Shown here: positions 1-9,927 of the stretch, one piece after another
Numbering within the stretch: the stretch's first letter is position 1
Layout of the letters: each line of letters starts with the position of its first letter
Assembly (NCBI GenBank): GCA_001689495.1
Contig: LUJS01000043.1
Location: forward strand, 21,095-85,094
Length of the DNA stretch: 64,000 bases
Source: Bacteroidales bacterium M8
GTDB lineage: Bacteria > Bacteroidota > Bacteroidia > Bacteroidales > Muribaculaceae
Direction: 5' to 3'
Notes under the pieces: generated by a model
Databases searched by the model: none
What the model was told of the DNA's origin: nothing
The model's input: the letters and a program-made list of their open reading frames with translations, nothing else
Program-made: the position numbers and the translations under genes

Positions 1-767
1 CCAAGGGCGAGGCCTGCGTGCTGTCCAAGTATGACATGATCAAGCCCTCGTGGACTCCGGGCGTGTTCTTGGTGCGCAAGGACGACAAGTGGGGCCTTGC
101 GGACAAGGCGGGCAACGTGTTGTGCGATCCGCAGTTCAACAACATCGGAGGTCTGGCCTCGGGTATGTTCGCGGCCACTTCGGGCAGCGGCAAGTGGGGC
201 ATCATAGATGAGGCCGGCAAATATGTCGGGCCAATACAGTATGATGTGTTCGACTTGCTCGCCGAGAGCCATGTCGTGGCCTACACCCAGCGGTTTGACC
301 CCTCGCAGGCGGTGGCGGTGATGGACAAGATGCTCGAAGGCACGACGTTCGACACCAATTTCGGCAAACTCGCCGACAAATATGGACTCACCTTCAATAA
401 AATCTCCAGTGTCTCTTGGGACGGGACGGTCGAGGAAAAGGATTTCAAGCATCTGGGGTCATTTCAGCTGATTCTCACATTGGATGACTATCCCGTGGTC
501 AGCAAGAACCGCTACAGCCGCACGAAGGTGATCAATTCGGCGGCAAAACCCTCGGCATACAGTGTCAAGGCCACGTTCGATACTCACGCCAAGGCCAAGG
601 CCGTCTATGACCTGCTGAACAGCCGGAAGAAATATCTTACGGTCGAGATCGCACCCGAGCTGACGGAGGATCTGACGACAATCTATCTGAACAAGATCTC
701 GGACACCGAGACTTATCTGGTGTACGAGGAGAACGACGCCATGTATGATTATGATTTGATACAGTGA
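1..767 (+). CDS. WG-repeat (KWG-type beta-repeat) protein; 5' end runs off the window
   Basis: The frame is open back to position 1 (the ORF track starts at GTG 18). Repeats KWGLADKAGNV and KWGIIDEAGKY are present. Stop is at 765-767, one nt before the next ATG. Confidence 0.65.
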   Translation, partial: KGEACVLSKYDMIKPSWTPGVFLVRKDDKWGLADKAGNVLCDPQFNNIGGLASGMFAATSGSGKWGIIDEAGKYVGPIQYDVFDLLAESHVVAYTQRFDPSQAVAVMDKMLEGTTFDTNFGKLADKYGLTFNKISSVSWDGTVEEKDFKHLGSFQLILTLDDYPVVSKNRYSRTKVINSAAKPSAYSVKATFDTHAKAKAVYDLLNSRKKYLTVEIAPELTEDLTTIYLNKISDTETYLVYEENDAMYDYDLIQ

Positions 768-768
768 A

Positions 769-2034
769 ATGCTTTCTGATACGATGAGACACAAACTGAC
801 ATTCGCCATGGCCGGGCTGATGCTCGGCATGGCCGGATGCTCTCCCTCGCAGCAGGAGAGCATGAAGGATGATGTATCGACCCTCGACCTCGACCTGCTG
901 CCGCTGGCGTGGTCCCGGGGACTGCGCGATAACCTCGGATATGGCACGCAGGATGGCGAGAGAGTCCTCGAATGGGGCAAGATAGACGACGTATGCGGCA
1001 TGAGCAGGAGCGATCTGCCTCTGTTTAACGACGGTCTGGCCGTAGTGCGTTTCGACAAATTGACCGCGCTGATAGACACGTCGGGCGAGCCGGTCGTCGA
1101 CCTGTCGGGCTATGGCACGTTGCTGCCATACATGACCGAGGACCTGTATCTGGCCCAGAAAGATGATAAGACCAAGTCTATCGTGGCATTCAACCGTCAG
1201 GGCGAAGAGGTGTTCGAGGTAGAGGGCCGGACATGCACGCCCATGCGCAAGGGATATGCCGTCTATAGTAACTACACCCGTTATTCCAAAAAAAACGGCA
1301 TCATCAATGCCAAGGGCGAGATTGTCTATGAGGCCGAACAGGACGAGCATGTGGGCGATATTTTCGTGATGACTCAGGCTTTCCCCACGGCTGCATCGCT
1401 GGCGCATCCGACGTGGTTCCCATTGTTCGACTCAGAGGGATTCACCTGCTTTCTCGACGTAGCCACGGGCAAGCGCCATCTCGACGGTCTCTTGCCCGAC
1501 GGAGCCAAGCCCTACATCTATGCCGTCGATGCCAACGACCGCATGGTCGTCAAGACCGACGACGGTAAATACGGCCTTCTGCGCCTTGACGGCACTTGGG
1601 CGGTCGAGCCTGAATACCGGTACATCAATTATGACGGCGATTGGTATCTGTTTCTGGACGACGACAAACTGGCGGGATGGATGGACAAGGACGGCAACGT
1701 GAAGATAGAGCCCCAGTTCGACATCGCCGATAGGGACAAGACCGCATTCGGCATATCGGACCTGTGTCTGATAGACGAGGGCAAGACGGTGACATATTTC
1801 ATAGACCGCAAGGGCAATGTAGTGCTCGACCCCGAATATCAGGCCATAAGCAACTTTATCGGCGACCGCTGTCTGGTCAATCTCGGCAGAGGTCAGGGGG
1901 CCCAGTGGATGAATCGCAAGGGCGAGCTGCTGGGCGAGCCGATGCTGCTCAGCGAATATGCCGCCAAGGCCGTCGCAGCCATAGGCCGCGGCGTGGCAGT
2001 GCAATACTCGACGATCGCCCCATTCTCATTCTGA
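769..2034 (+). CDS. WG-repeat lipoprotein
   Basis: Lipobox LGMAGC near the N-terminus. Repeated G-x-W/Y-G-hydrophobic-hydrophobic-D motifs (KYGLLRLDGTW, LAGWMDKDGNV). Tightly coupled to the upstream paralogous ORF. Confidence 0.7.
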   Translation: MLSDTMRHKLTFAMAGLMLGMAGCSPSQQESMKDDVSTLDLDLLPLAWSRGLRDNLGYGTQDGERVLEWGKIDDVCGMSRSDLPLFNDGLAVVRFDKLTALIDTSGEPVVDLSGYGTLLPYMTEDLYLAQKDDKTKSIVAFNRQGEEVFEVEGRTCTPMRKGYAVYSNYTRYSKKNGIINAKGEIVYEAEQDEHVGDIFVMTQAFPTAASLAHPTWFPLFDSEGFTCFLDVATGKRHLDGLLPDGAKPYIYAVDANDRMVVKTDDGKYGLLRLDGTWAVEPEYRYINYDGDWYLFLDDDKLAGWMDKDGNVKIEPQFDIADRDKTAFGISDLCLIDEGKTVTYFIDRKGNVVLDPEYQAISNFIGDRCLVNLGRGQGAQWMNRKGELLGEPMLLSEYAAKAVAAIGRGVAVQYSTIAPFSF

Positions 2035-2059
2035 CACCCCGAGCTTCCGTCCCACAAAT

Positions 2060-2100
2060 AATGCAACGGCTGTTACTGTAACCGCTGTTGCATTATTTTG
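2060..2100 (+). terminator. intrinsic terminator of the WG-repeat operon (palindrome A plus T-run)
   Basis: aatgcaacggctgttac-t-gtaaccgctgttgcatt folds to a stem of about 15 bp, followed by attttg. Lies 26 nt after the stop. Confidence 0.6.
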
Positions 2101-2164
2101 CCAATCCGGCCCGAAAAAGGTCATTAATCAGACACGGACTCTTGCTTGACCGGAATAAAACAGC

Positions 2165-2172
2165 TATCTTTG
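2165..2172 (+). promoter_or_regulatory. Bacteroidota -7 promoter box TATCTTTG (ATPase gene)
   Basis: Exact TAnnTTTG 35 nt upstream of ATG 2207. Overlaps the first bases of palindrome B. Confidence 0.5.
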
Positions 2173-2203
2173 CAACAGCGGTTACAGTAACGACCGTTGC
2201 ATT
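2169..2203. repeat. palindrome B, inverted copy of the 2060-2094 element
   Basis: tttgcaacagcggttacagtaacgaccgttgcatt equals the reverse complement of 2060-2094 at 31 of 35 positions (hand aligned). Confidence 0.8.
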
Positions 2204-2206
2204 AGT

Positions 2207-3538
2207 ATGAAATTATACGACAGAGAGATAGAGGCCGAGACATTGAGGCGCATAGAAGCCACGTCCGGCAGATATGCCCAGCTGACGGTCATTACCGGAC
2301 GCAGGCGCATCGGCAAGACCACTCTGATTAAGCACGCCTTCGAGGGCTCGGAGATGATATATTTCTTCGTGGCCCGCAAGAGCGAGGCGTTGTTGTGTCA
2401 GGAACTCACGGACACCATACGGGATGTGCTTGGCGAGGATCTGGGCGACTTTTCGAGCATGGCCCGACTGTTCGCGGCCATCATGCAGATTGCAAGGCGC
2501 AGGCATTTCACTCTGGTTTTCGACGAGTTCCAGAACTTCAAGTATGTCAACGAGTCGTTTTTCAGCGACATGCAGAATATCTGGGACAGCAACAAGGATG
2601 AGGCCCGCATAAACCTGATTGTCTGCGGGTCGCTCTATTCGATGATGACCAAGATATTCGACGACCGCAAGGAACCCCTCTACGGTCGTGCCACTTCGCG
2701 CATCAGGCTTCGCGAATTTCCTCTTGCGACACTGCGCGAAATCATGCTCGACAATAATCCGGACTACGCTCCCGACGACCTGCTTGCCCTGTACATGATG
2801 ACGGGAGGCGTGGCAAAATACGTGGAACAGCTCCACATGGCCGGAGCGTTCACCAAGGATGGCATCATCGACACCGTATTGTCGTTCGGGTCATATTTCA
2901 TCGACGAGGGGAAAGAACTGCTCTCGGACGAGTTCGGCAAGGACTATGGCAATTACTTTTCGATATTGTCGGCGATAGCCGACGGTTTCAACGAGCGGGG
3001 CGAGATCAAGTCATATACCGGAATAGAGGCCGGTGGTTACCTTGACAAGCTGGAGAAAACCTATGACCTCGTATATCGTTATCGTCCGTATCTCGCGACG
3101 GAGAACAGCCGCAATGTCCGTTACGGCATCAAGGACAATTTCCTGAATTTCTGGTTCAGATTCATCTACAAATACCGGAGCGCGGTCGAGATAGGAAATC
3201 TCGACTATGTGCGGGCAAAGGTATCGGCAGACTATTCGACATATTCAGGCTGGATATTGGAGCGGTATTTCCGCCAACGATACCGCGAGTCGGGGCTCTA
3301 TAACCTCGTGACCAACTATTGGGAGAAGGACGGGAGCAACGAGATAGACCTCATAGCCGTCAACGATGCCGACCGCGAGATTGTGATCGGCGAGGTGAAG
3401 CGCAACCCCCGCCGCATAGACCTGCACGGTCTTGAAGAGAAGTCGAGGAACATCGTGTCCAGACGCAAGGGGTGGCATGTTGAGTACGTCGCCCTTTCGC
3501 TCGAAGACATGAATGGCGACTCCAATCCGGCCCGATAA
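2207..3538 (+). CDS. AAA ATPase (archaeal-type ATPase plus DUF234-like C-terminus)
   Basis: Walker A GRRRIGKTT and Walker B LVFDEFQ. The C-terminal segment EIDLIAV...IVIGEVKR looks like a PD-(D/E)xK core. The 443-aa architecture is common in Bacteroidales. Confidence 0.8.
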   Translation: MKLYDREIEAETLRRIEATSGRYAQLTVITGRRRIGKTTLIKHAFEGSEMIYFFVARKSEALLCQELTDTIRDVLGEDLGDFSSMARLFAAIMQIARRRHFTLVFDEFQNFKYVNESFFSDMQNIWDSNKDEARINLIVCGSLYSMMTKIFDDRKEPLYGRATSRIRLREFPLATLREIMLDNNPDYAPDDLLALYMMTGGVAKYVEQLHMAGAFTKDGIIDTVLSFGSYFIDEGKELLSDEFGKDYGNYFSILSAIADGFNERGEIKSYTGIEAGGYLDKLEKTYDLVYRYRPYLATENSRNVRYGIKDNFLNFWFRFIYKYRSAVEIGNLDYVRAKVSADYSTYSGWILERYFRQRYRESGLYNLVTNYWEKDGSNEIDLIAVNDADREIVIGEVKRNPRRIDLHGLEEKSRNIVSRRKGWHVEYVALSLEDMNGDSNPAR

Positions 3539-3583
3539 AGTCAATTAGGTGGCGCGGGGTTTGCTCGTTCGGGATTTTTTTGT

Positions 3584-3591
3584 TAATTTTG
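3584..3591 (+). promoter_or_regulatory. -7 box TAATTTTG (tig)
   Basis: Exact TAnnTTTG about 83 nt upstream of the tig ATG. Confidence 0.4.
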
Positions 3592-3673
3592 CGCGGAGTT
3601 TGTGGCGGTGTGCCGTCACGTCCCCGTAATGTGTAAAATATAATAATCAGATAATAAATTCTTTAGCGAGACA

Positions 3674-5014
3674 ATGAACATCAGCAAGGAAGAGATTTCG
3701 CCCGTAGAGCTGCGCCTGACCGTGGCCCTGAGCGAAAACGACTATAAGGACGATGTCACCAAACAGCTCAAGGAGATCGGCCGCACCCACCAGCTGCCCG
3801 GTTTCCGCAAGGGTCACGTGCCCTTCGGCGAGCTCAAGCGCCGTTTCGGCAAGCAGGTGACAAGCGACGTGATCAACGATACCGTATATCGCGCCGTCAT
3901 CGACTATATCACCGAGAACAAGCTCCGTGTCATGGGTCATCCCCTGCCCGTCGAGGTCAAGGAGGCGTCCATGGAGGGCGATCAGGAGTTCAAGTATGAC
4001 ATCGCCCTGATACCCACCCTCGAGGGCATCAAGCCCACCAAGGAGGACCACTATCCCTTCTACGAGATCGAGGTTACCGACGAGATGGTCGAGGAGCAGG
4101 ACAAGAACCTGCGCAAGCGCTTCGGCACTCAGAAGCCCGGCGAGGAGATGACCGAGGACGGCGTTGTCAAGGGCTCGATCATGCAGCTCAACGAGGACGG
4201 CACCGTCAACACCAACGAGGGCGCCATTCAGGTGACGGACGGCATCGTCTTCCCCCTCTACTTCAAGGACAAGGCCCAGACAGCCCTCTTCGACGGCAAG
4301 AAGCCCGGCGACAAGGTTGTCTTCAACCCCTATGACGCTGCCGGCGGCAACGTAGGCGAGATCGCCTCGATGCTCCACGTCGACAAGAACATCGCCCCCG
4401 ACATCAAGGGCAACTTCGAGATGAACATCTCGGAGATCATCGTCAACATCCCCGCCGAGCTCAATCAGGAGTACTTCGATCAGGTATTCGGCTCGGACAA
4501 GGTGCACAACGAGGAGGAGTATCGCGCAGCCATCAAGGAGATGATCGCCGGCGAGCTCGAGCAGAACTCGCACATCCTCTTCCGCAACACCTTCGACAAG
4601 GCAATGATGGAGAAATACGCCGACATGGTGCTCCCCGCCGAGACCATCAAGAAGCTCTTCTTCACCAAGGCCGAGAACGCTGACGAGGCATACAACGCCG
4701 AGCTCAACGGCATCAAGCACGAGGTGATCGAGAACAACCTCCTCACCGACCTCGAGATCAAGGTGACCGAGGAAGAGGTGCTCGAGACAGCCAAGATCCT
4801 CACCGCACGCCAGTTCGCACAGTATGGCCTTGCCGGTCTCGACGACGAGATCATCAGCCGCTATGCCAAGGAGCAGCTCGAGAAAGAGGAAGTGCGCAAC
4901 CAGATCACCCAGCAGGTGCTCTCGGCCAAGCTCTATTCGGCCATCGAGGAGGCAGTGACACTTGATAAGGAGACCGTATCGCTCGACAAGTTCAAGGAAC
5001 TCGCACAGGCCTGA
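3674..5014 (+). CDS. tig: trigger factor
   Basis: N-terminal ribosome-binding signature LPGFRKGHVP. 446 aa, acidic, with a typical three-domain length. Confidence 0.9.
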   Translation: MNISKEEISPVELRLTVALSENDYKDDVTKQLKEIGRTHQLPGFRKGHVPFGELKRRFGKQVTSDVINDTVYRAVIDYITENKLRVMGHPLPVEVKEASMEGDQEFKYDIALIPTLEGIKPTKEDHYPFYEIEVTDEMVEEQDKNLRKRFGTQKPGEEMTEDGVVKGSIMQLNEDGTVNTNEGAIQVTDGIVFPLYFKDKAQTALFDGKKPGDKVVFNPYDAAGGNVGEIASMLHVDKNIAPDIKGNFEMNISEIIVNIPAELNQEYFDQVFGSDKVHNEEEYRAAIKEMIAGELEQNSHILFRNTFDKAMMEKYADMVLPAETIKKLFFTKAENADEAYNAELNGIKHEVIENNLLTDLEIKVTEEEVLETAKILTARQFAQYGLAGLDDEIISRYAKEQLEKEEVRNQITQQVLSAKLYSAIEEAVTLDKETVSLDKFKELAQA

Positions 5015-5039
5015 TCACACTAACCCCACTACATAACCG

Positions 5040-5078
5040 GCCCCCGGCGCCTAAACGGCACCGGGGGCTGATTTTTTT
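5040..5078 (+). terminator. intrinsic terminator of tig
   Basis: gcccccggcgcc-taaac-ggcaccgggggc hairpin with one mismatch, followed by tgattttttt. Confidence 0.7.
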
Positions 5079-5133
5079 CGCATGGAGGGAGGGTGATGCA
5101 TCGCCGCCTCGCAGTTGAACGCCGCACGATGAA

Positions 5134-6480
5134 CTATCGGTTGTGGTGGCGGAGGTAGTAGGTGAGAATGCCGACGGTGGTGAGGAGTTCGCTGGCGGTG
5201 ACTGCGAGCCAGATGCCGGTCTCGCCGAACGCCACGGGCATGATCAGGAAAGAGGGGACGAGGAAGAAGAAGCCTCTGAGCAGGGCGAACCACACCGAGG
5301 GGGCGACTTTCTCGACGCTCTGGAAGTAGCCGATGGCGGTGACGTTGAATATGAAGCAGATCACGCAGGCGGCGAATATGGGGAGGCCCTTGACGGCATA
5401 GATGGCCGCGCGGCTGTCGAGGTCGATGAAGAGTTCGACCATCAGCCGCGGGAAGGCCACGAAACCGGCCGTGACGACGATGCCGAACACAAGGGCGGTC
5501 TTGATGGCCAGCGTCTCGGTGGCCTTGACGCGGTCCCACAGCCCGAGGCCATAGTTATAGCTGATTATGGGCTGGGCCGACTGGGCTATGGCGTTGCCTA
5601 TCAGGAAGAAGAAGGGACAATAGTAGCAGGCTATGCCGAACGCGGCCACGCCGTCGTCGCCCATATAGTGCATGAATACCAGATTGCCCGTGAACATGAC
5701 CATGGCCATCGTGGCCTCGCCGAGAAATGCCGACACGCCTATGCGCATCTGATACCACATGGTGCGGGCCATCTCGACGAATCCGCGTGCGTCGAGGCGT
5801 ATGCTGACGAGCCGCAGCGTGCGGGCAAAGAATCCGAGATAGGTCAGGGCCATCAGCGCGCCCACAGTGACCGCTATTGCCGTGGCTATGGCGGCACCCT
5901 TGAGCCCCATGCCGAGGGGGAAGACGAAGAGCCAGTCGAGGAAGATGTTGAGCAGGCCGGGCACGACGTTGCACCACATGGCAAAGCGTGGCGAGCCGTC
6001 GAGCCTGACGACAAAGAGTCCGATGATGCTCCACATGTTCAGTATCAGCGCCGGGGCAAACCATACGAGATAGTCTACGGCAATGTCCATCAGGCTGTCC
6101 GACGAGCCCAGCAGGCGCGCCGTGGTGCGCGGACTGGCCATGAGCAGCAGCACTATCAGGCCCACGGTGATGGTGGCGCCCGCGAGGGCGCGGCTCACGC
6201 CGAGGCGGGCTTTCTCGACGTCGCCGTGGGCCAGTCGTATCGAGGCTATGACCGAGCATCCGATGCCCAGCATCAGCCCGAAGCCGATTACCGACATCAT
6301 GGGCGCCCAGATGATGTTGACCGCTGCCACGCCGGCGGGGCCCACGCCCTGACCGACGAATATGCCGTCGGCCATCGTCACCACGCTCAGGCTGAGCATT
6401 CCCAGCAGGGTAGGGATGAAATATGTCCTGAACAGCTTGCCGACAGGCTGTTCGCCAAGATTTATCGTATCATTATCCAT
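5134..6480 (-). CDS. MATE family efflux transporter
   Basis: 448 aa with a 12-TM-like profile. The N-terminus (LFRTYFIPTLLGMLSLSVVTMADGIFVG) is typical of the MatE repeat. Confidence 0.85.
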   Translation of the reverse strand: MDNDTINLGEQPVGKLFRTYFIPTLLGMLSLSVVTMADGIFVGQGVGPAGVAAVNIIWAPMMSVIGFGLMLGIGCSVIASIRLAHGDVEKARLGVSRALAGATITVGLIVLLLMASPRTTARLLGSSDSLMDIAVDYLVWFAPALILNMWSIIGLFVVRLDGSPRFAMWCNVVPGLLNIFLDWLFVFPLGMGLKGAAIATAIAVTVGALMALTYLGFFARTLRLVSIRLDARGFVEMARTMWYQMRIGVSAFLGEATMAMVMFTGNLVFMHYMGDDGVAAFGIACYYCPFFFLIGNAIAQSAQPIISYNYGLGLWDRVKATETLAIKTALVFGIVVTAGFVAFPRLMVELFIDLDSRAAIYAVKGLPIFAACVICFIFNVTAIGYFQSVEKVAPSVWFALLRGFFFLVPSFLIMPVAFGETGIWLAVTASELLTTVGILTYYLRHHNR

Positions 6481-6513
6481 CAGATGAGCCTATACCTATT
6501 GTAAAACATCCCG

Positions 6514-6521
6514 CAAAGTTA
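6514..6521 (-). promoter_or_regulatory. -7 box TAACTTTG (MATE gene)
   Basis: Plus-strand caaagtta, 34 nt upstream of start 6480. Extended form TCGTAACTTTG. Confidence 0.5.
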
Positions 6522-6631
6522 CGACATTATATCCACACCCCCAAAAAACACCCCGTCCGCGCATATATACAGACACCCCCGCGGGTCCGGGGGGACGGGC
6601 GGGGGTGTATGGGGAATGGATTGTTGTGTCG

Positions 6632-7108
6632 TTACATCTGGTTGGCCGAGATGCCTACTTCGGGAGTGACGGTGCCGCCACCCTCGCCGGGATCGTCGGC
6701 GGGTTCGGTGATGCGGAGCGTGAAGCGATAGACGGCAAAGCCGGGCTCGCGGTCTTCCTGAAATACCTGAGATACGAAACTGAGCGAGTGGTCGCCGACG
6801 GCGAGGTCGGAGGTACCGATCTCACAGCTGAAGGGCGAGATGCCTGTCGTATAGAAGGGGACACCGTCTATCGAGTAGGTGGTGTTGCCCAGCATGGCCT
6901 TCTTGGTGCCGGGAGCGGGTGACACGGTGATGGCGTCGACGGTGAATGTCTGGCCCTGAGCCACTGCGATTGCGCCGTCAGACTGCTCTACGGCTCCGCT
7001 GTACTGGATTGAGATGTCTACTTTGGGGAGGTCCTTGTCGTCGTCGCTACAGGCGGCCATGAGTGCCAGCAGCGGGAGCATGAACAGGAAATAATAGAGT
7101 TTTTTCAT
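6632..7108 (-). CDS. hypothetical lipoprotein
   Basis: Signal peptide plus lipobox (LLALMAACSDDD). Codon usage and GC match the neighbours. No recognisable family. Confidence 0.6.
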   Translation of the reverse strand: MKKLYYFLFMLPLLALMAACSDDDKDLPKVDISIQYSGAVEQSDGAIAVAQGQTFTVDAITVSPAPGTKKAMLGNTTYSIDGVPFYTTGISPFSCEIGTSDLAVGDHSLSFVSQVFQEDREPGFAVYRFTLRITEPADDPGEGGGTVTPEVGISANQM

Positions 7109-7169
7109 TTTGAGTTGAGAGATTAGTTTGATTTTTTGAGGATTGAGGATCCGGTATCATGGAACAACC

Positions 7170-7226
7170 AAAGATTAGAGTCTAAAGATTAAGGAATTCA
7201 CTCTTGATCTTTAAACCCTAATCTTT
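7170..7226 (-). terminator. long AT-rich imperfect hairpin downstream of clpB
   Basis: Arm 7170-7194 (aaagattagagtctaaagattaagg) and arm 7201-7226 (ctcttgatctttaaaccctaatcttt) pair over about 25 nt with 4 mismatches/wobbles. Confidence 0.4.
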
Positions 7227-7243
7227 AATCCTTCCTGATGATG

Positions 7244-9832
7244 TCAGTTCTTGAATACTATGTCGTTGCCGTCATAGTCGATGATGATGGGTCGGGCGCG
7301 GTCCACCTTCTGGGCCAGAATGTCTTTTGACAGCTGGTTGAGCACCATGCGGTGGATGACACGCTTGACGGGACGCGCGCCGAATTCGGGGTCGTAGCCC
7401 TCTTCGGCGAGGAACTTGAGTGCCGCCGGCGTCACTTCGAGGCTTATGCCGTTGGTGGCGAGCATCTTCTGTATCGACTTGATCTGCAGTCCGACGATCT
7501 CTTCGATCTCGGCCTCGTCGAGCGGGGTGAACATGATTATCTCGTCGATACGGTTGAGGAACTCGGGACGTATCTGCTGCTTGAGCAGTTCGATCACCTC
7601 GTCCTTGGTCTTCTCGATGGTCTCCTCGCGGTTTTCGGCGGTCATCTTGGCAAAGTTGTCGCGGATGACGTGCGAGCCCATGTTGGAGGTCATGATGATG
7701 ATGGTGTTCTTGAAGTTGACCATCCTGCCCTTGTTGTCGGTGAGGCGGCCGTCGTCGAGCACCTGAAGGAGTATGTTGAACACGTCGGGGTGTGCCTTCT
7801 CGATCTCGTCGAACAGGACGACCGAATAGGGCTTGCGCCGCACGGCCTCGGTGAGCTGTCCGCCCTCGTCATAGCCGACGTATCCCGGAGGCGCTCCGAC
7901 CAGCCTCGACACGGCGTGTTTCTCCTGATACTCGCTCATGTCTATACGGGTCATCATGTTCTCGTCGTCGAACAGGTATTCGGCCAGAGCCTTTGCCAGC
8001 TCGGTCTTGCCGACACCTGTCGTGCCGAGGAATATGAACGAGCCTATTGGTCGGCGCGGGTCGTTGAGACCTGCGCGCGAACGGCGCACGGCGTCGGCGA
8101 TGGCGCGTATGGCGTCGTTCTGGCCCACGACGCGGCTGTGCAGTTCGTCCTCGAGGTGCAGCAGCTTCTCCTTCTCGCTCTGTACCATCTTGTTGACGGG
8201 GATGCCGGTCCAGCGCGAGACGACGTCGGCGATGTCCTCGGAGTCGACCTCCTCCTTTATGAAGGCCTTCTCGCCCTGCATCACCTTGAGCTGTTCCTGC
8301 AGGGAGGCATTGTCCTTCTCCTTCTCGGATATGCGCGAGTATCGTATCTCGGCCACCTTCGCGTAGTCGCCTTCACGTTCGGCGCGCTCTGCCTCGAAGT
8401 TGAGCTGCTCGATGTCTATCTTGTTCTGCTGTATCTTGTTTATGATGTCCTTTTCGGCCTTCCACTTGGCGGTGAGCTCTTTCTCGCGGTCGCGCAGGTC
8501 GGCCAGTTCCTTTTCGATCTCCTTGACCTTTGGCTCGTCGCCCTCGCGCTTTATGGCCTCGCGCTCAATCTCCTTCTGGGCAATGAGACGCGAGATCTCG
8601 TCGAGTGCCTGAGGCACGGAGTCAATCTCGAGGCGCAGCTTGGATGCGGCCTCGTCGACAAGGTCGATGGCCTTGTCGGGGAGGAAACGGTCGGTGATAT
8701 AGCGCTCCGACAGGGTCACGGCGGCGATGATCGCCTCGTCGCGGATGCGCACCTTGTGGTGGTTCTCATAGCGCTCCTTGAGTCCGCGCAATATGGCGAT
8801 AGCGGCGGCCTCGTCGGGCTCGTTGACCATCACTTTCTGGAAACGGCGCTCCAGAGCCTTGTCCTTTTCGAAATATTTCTGGTACTCGTCCAGCGTGGTG
8901 GCGCCGATCGAACGGAGCTCGCCACGGGCAAGAGCAGGTTTGAGGATGTTTGCGGCGTCCATCGCGCCCTCACCCTTGCCGGCGCCGACCAGAGTGTGGA
9001 TCTCGTCGATGAAGAGGATGATCTCGCCGTCGGCCCCCGTCACTTCGTTGACGATGGCCTTGAGGCGCTCCTCGAACTCGCCTTTATATTTTGCGCCTGC
9101 CACCAGCGCGCCCATGTCAAGCGAATAGATCTGCTTGGTGCGCAGGTTTTCGGGCACGTCTCCGCGCACGATGCGTTGCGCCAGACCCTCGGCAATGGCG
9201 GTCTTGCCTGTGCCGGGCTCGCCTATGAGCATTGGATTGTTCTTGGTGCGTCGTGACAGAATCTGGAGCACGCGGCGAATCTCGTCGTCTCGGCCGATGA
9301 CTGGATCGAGTTTCCCCTCGCGGGCCCGCTCGTTGAGGTTTATGGCATACTTGGAGAGCGCCTGATATGTATCCTCGGCGCTTTGGTCTGTAGCCTTTTT
9401 GCCCTTGCGGAGCTCTGCCACGGCAGCTTCCAGTTCACGCTGGCTCAATCCGGCATCCTTGAGGATTGTCGAGGCCGGAGAGTTGACCGTGAAGATGGCA
9501 AGAAGAATGGCTTCGAGAGTGACGTATTCGTCGCCTTGCTTCTTTGCGATGTCGAGCGCTTTCTGCAAGACATCGTTAGAGGTACGGCTCAGATAGGGTT
9601 CGCCACCCTGAACACGGGGTTCGGCGGCAATCTTCTCATCAACCTGTCGCATCAAGGTCGCGGGGCTCGCCCCCACCTTGGAGTATATGAAATTGATGAG
9701 CGATTCTCCCTCGGTCATCACTCCCTTGAGCAGATGCACGGGCTCGATAGCCTGATTGCCTGCACCACGGGCAATCTCTACCGCCTTCTGTATCGCTTCT
9801 TGAGACTTGATTGTGAAATTGTTGAAGTTCAT
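7244..9832 (-). CDS. clpB: ATP-dependent chaperone ClpB
   Basis: 862 aa. Clp N-domain, two Walker A sites ([18 protein letters not shown]), a long middle coiled coil, and a sensor/arginine region. Confidence 0.95.
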   Translation of the reverse strand: MNFNNFTIKSQEAIQKAVEIARGAGNQAIEPVHLLKGVMTEGESLINFIYSKVGASPATLMRQVDEKIAAEPRVQGGEPYLSRTSNDVLQKALDIAKKQGDEYVTLEAILLAIFTVNSPASTILKDAGLSQRELEAAVAELRKGKKATDQSAEDTYQALSKYAINLNERAREGKLDPVIGRDDEIRRVLQILSRRTKNNPMLIGEPGTGKTAIAEGLAQRIVRGDVPENLRTKQIYSLDMGALVAGAKYKGEFEERLKAIVNEVTGADGEIILFIDEIHTLVGAGKGEGAMDAANILKPALARGELRSIGATTLDEYQKYFEKDKALERRFQKVMVNEPDEAAAIAILRGLKERYENHHKVRIRDEAIIAAVTLSERYITDRFLPDKAIDLVDEAASKLRLEIDSVPQALDEISRLIAQKEIEREAIKREGDEPKVKEIEKELADLRDREKELTAKWKAEKDIINKIQQNKIDIEQLNFEAERAEREGDYAKVAEIRYSRISEKEKDNASLQEQLKVMQGEKAFIKEEVDSEDIADVVSRWTGIPVNKMVQSEKEKLLHLEDELHSRVVGQNDAIRAIADAVRRSRAGLNDPRRPIGSFIFLGTTGVGKTELAKALAEYLFDDENMMTRIDMSEYQEKHAVSRLVGAPPGYVGYDEGGQLTEAVRRKPYSVVLFDEIEKAHPDVFNILLQVLDDGRLTDNKGRMVNFKNTIIIMTSNMGSHVIRDNFAKMTAENREETIEKTKDEVIELLKQQIRPEFLNRIDEIIMFTPLDEAEIEEIVGLQIKSIQKMLATNGISLEVTPAALKFLAEEGYDPEFGARPVKRVIHRMVLNQLSKDILAQKVDRARPIIIDYDGNDIVFKN

Positions 9833-9927
9833 GAGCTGTATGATGTATTTTGAAGGTTCACTAATTGAGTTCTCTTATACCTATCTAACAAAATTCGTGC
9901 CAATTAGTTGCTTGCCCCCACAAAAAT

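Noticed and set aside
5143-6504. 453-aa ORF on the plus strand covering the whole MATE gene
   Set aside because: It is antisense to a well-supported transporter gene. Its translation is Gly/Asp/Glu/His/Arg-rich low-complexity sequence, which is typical of spurious open frames in about 60% GC DNA. It has no promoter box or start context.
7352-9256. 634-aa ORF antisense to clpB, with several shorter ones nested in it
   Set aside because: Same GC-driven artefact. ClpB on the opposite strand has unambiguous motifs, while the antisense product is Leu/Val/Gly/Asp-rich with no recognisable domain.
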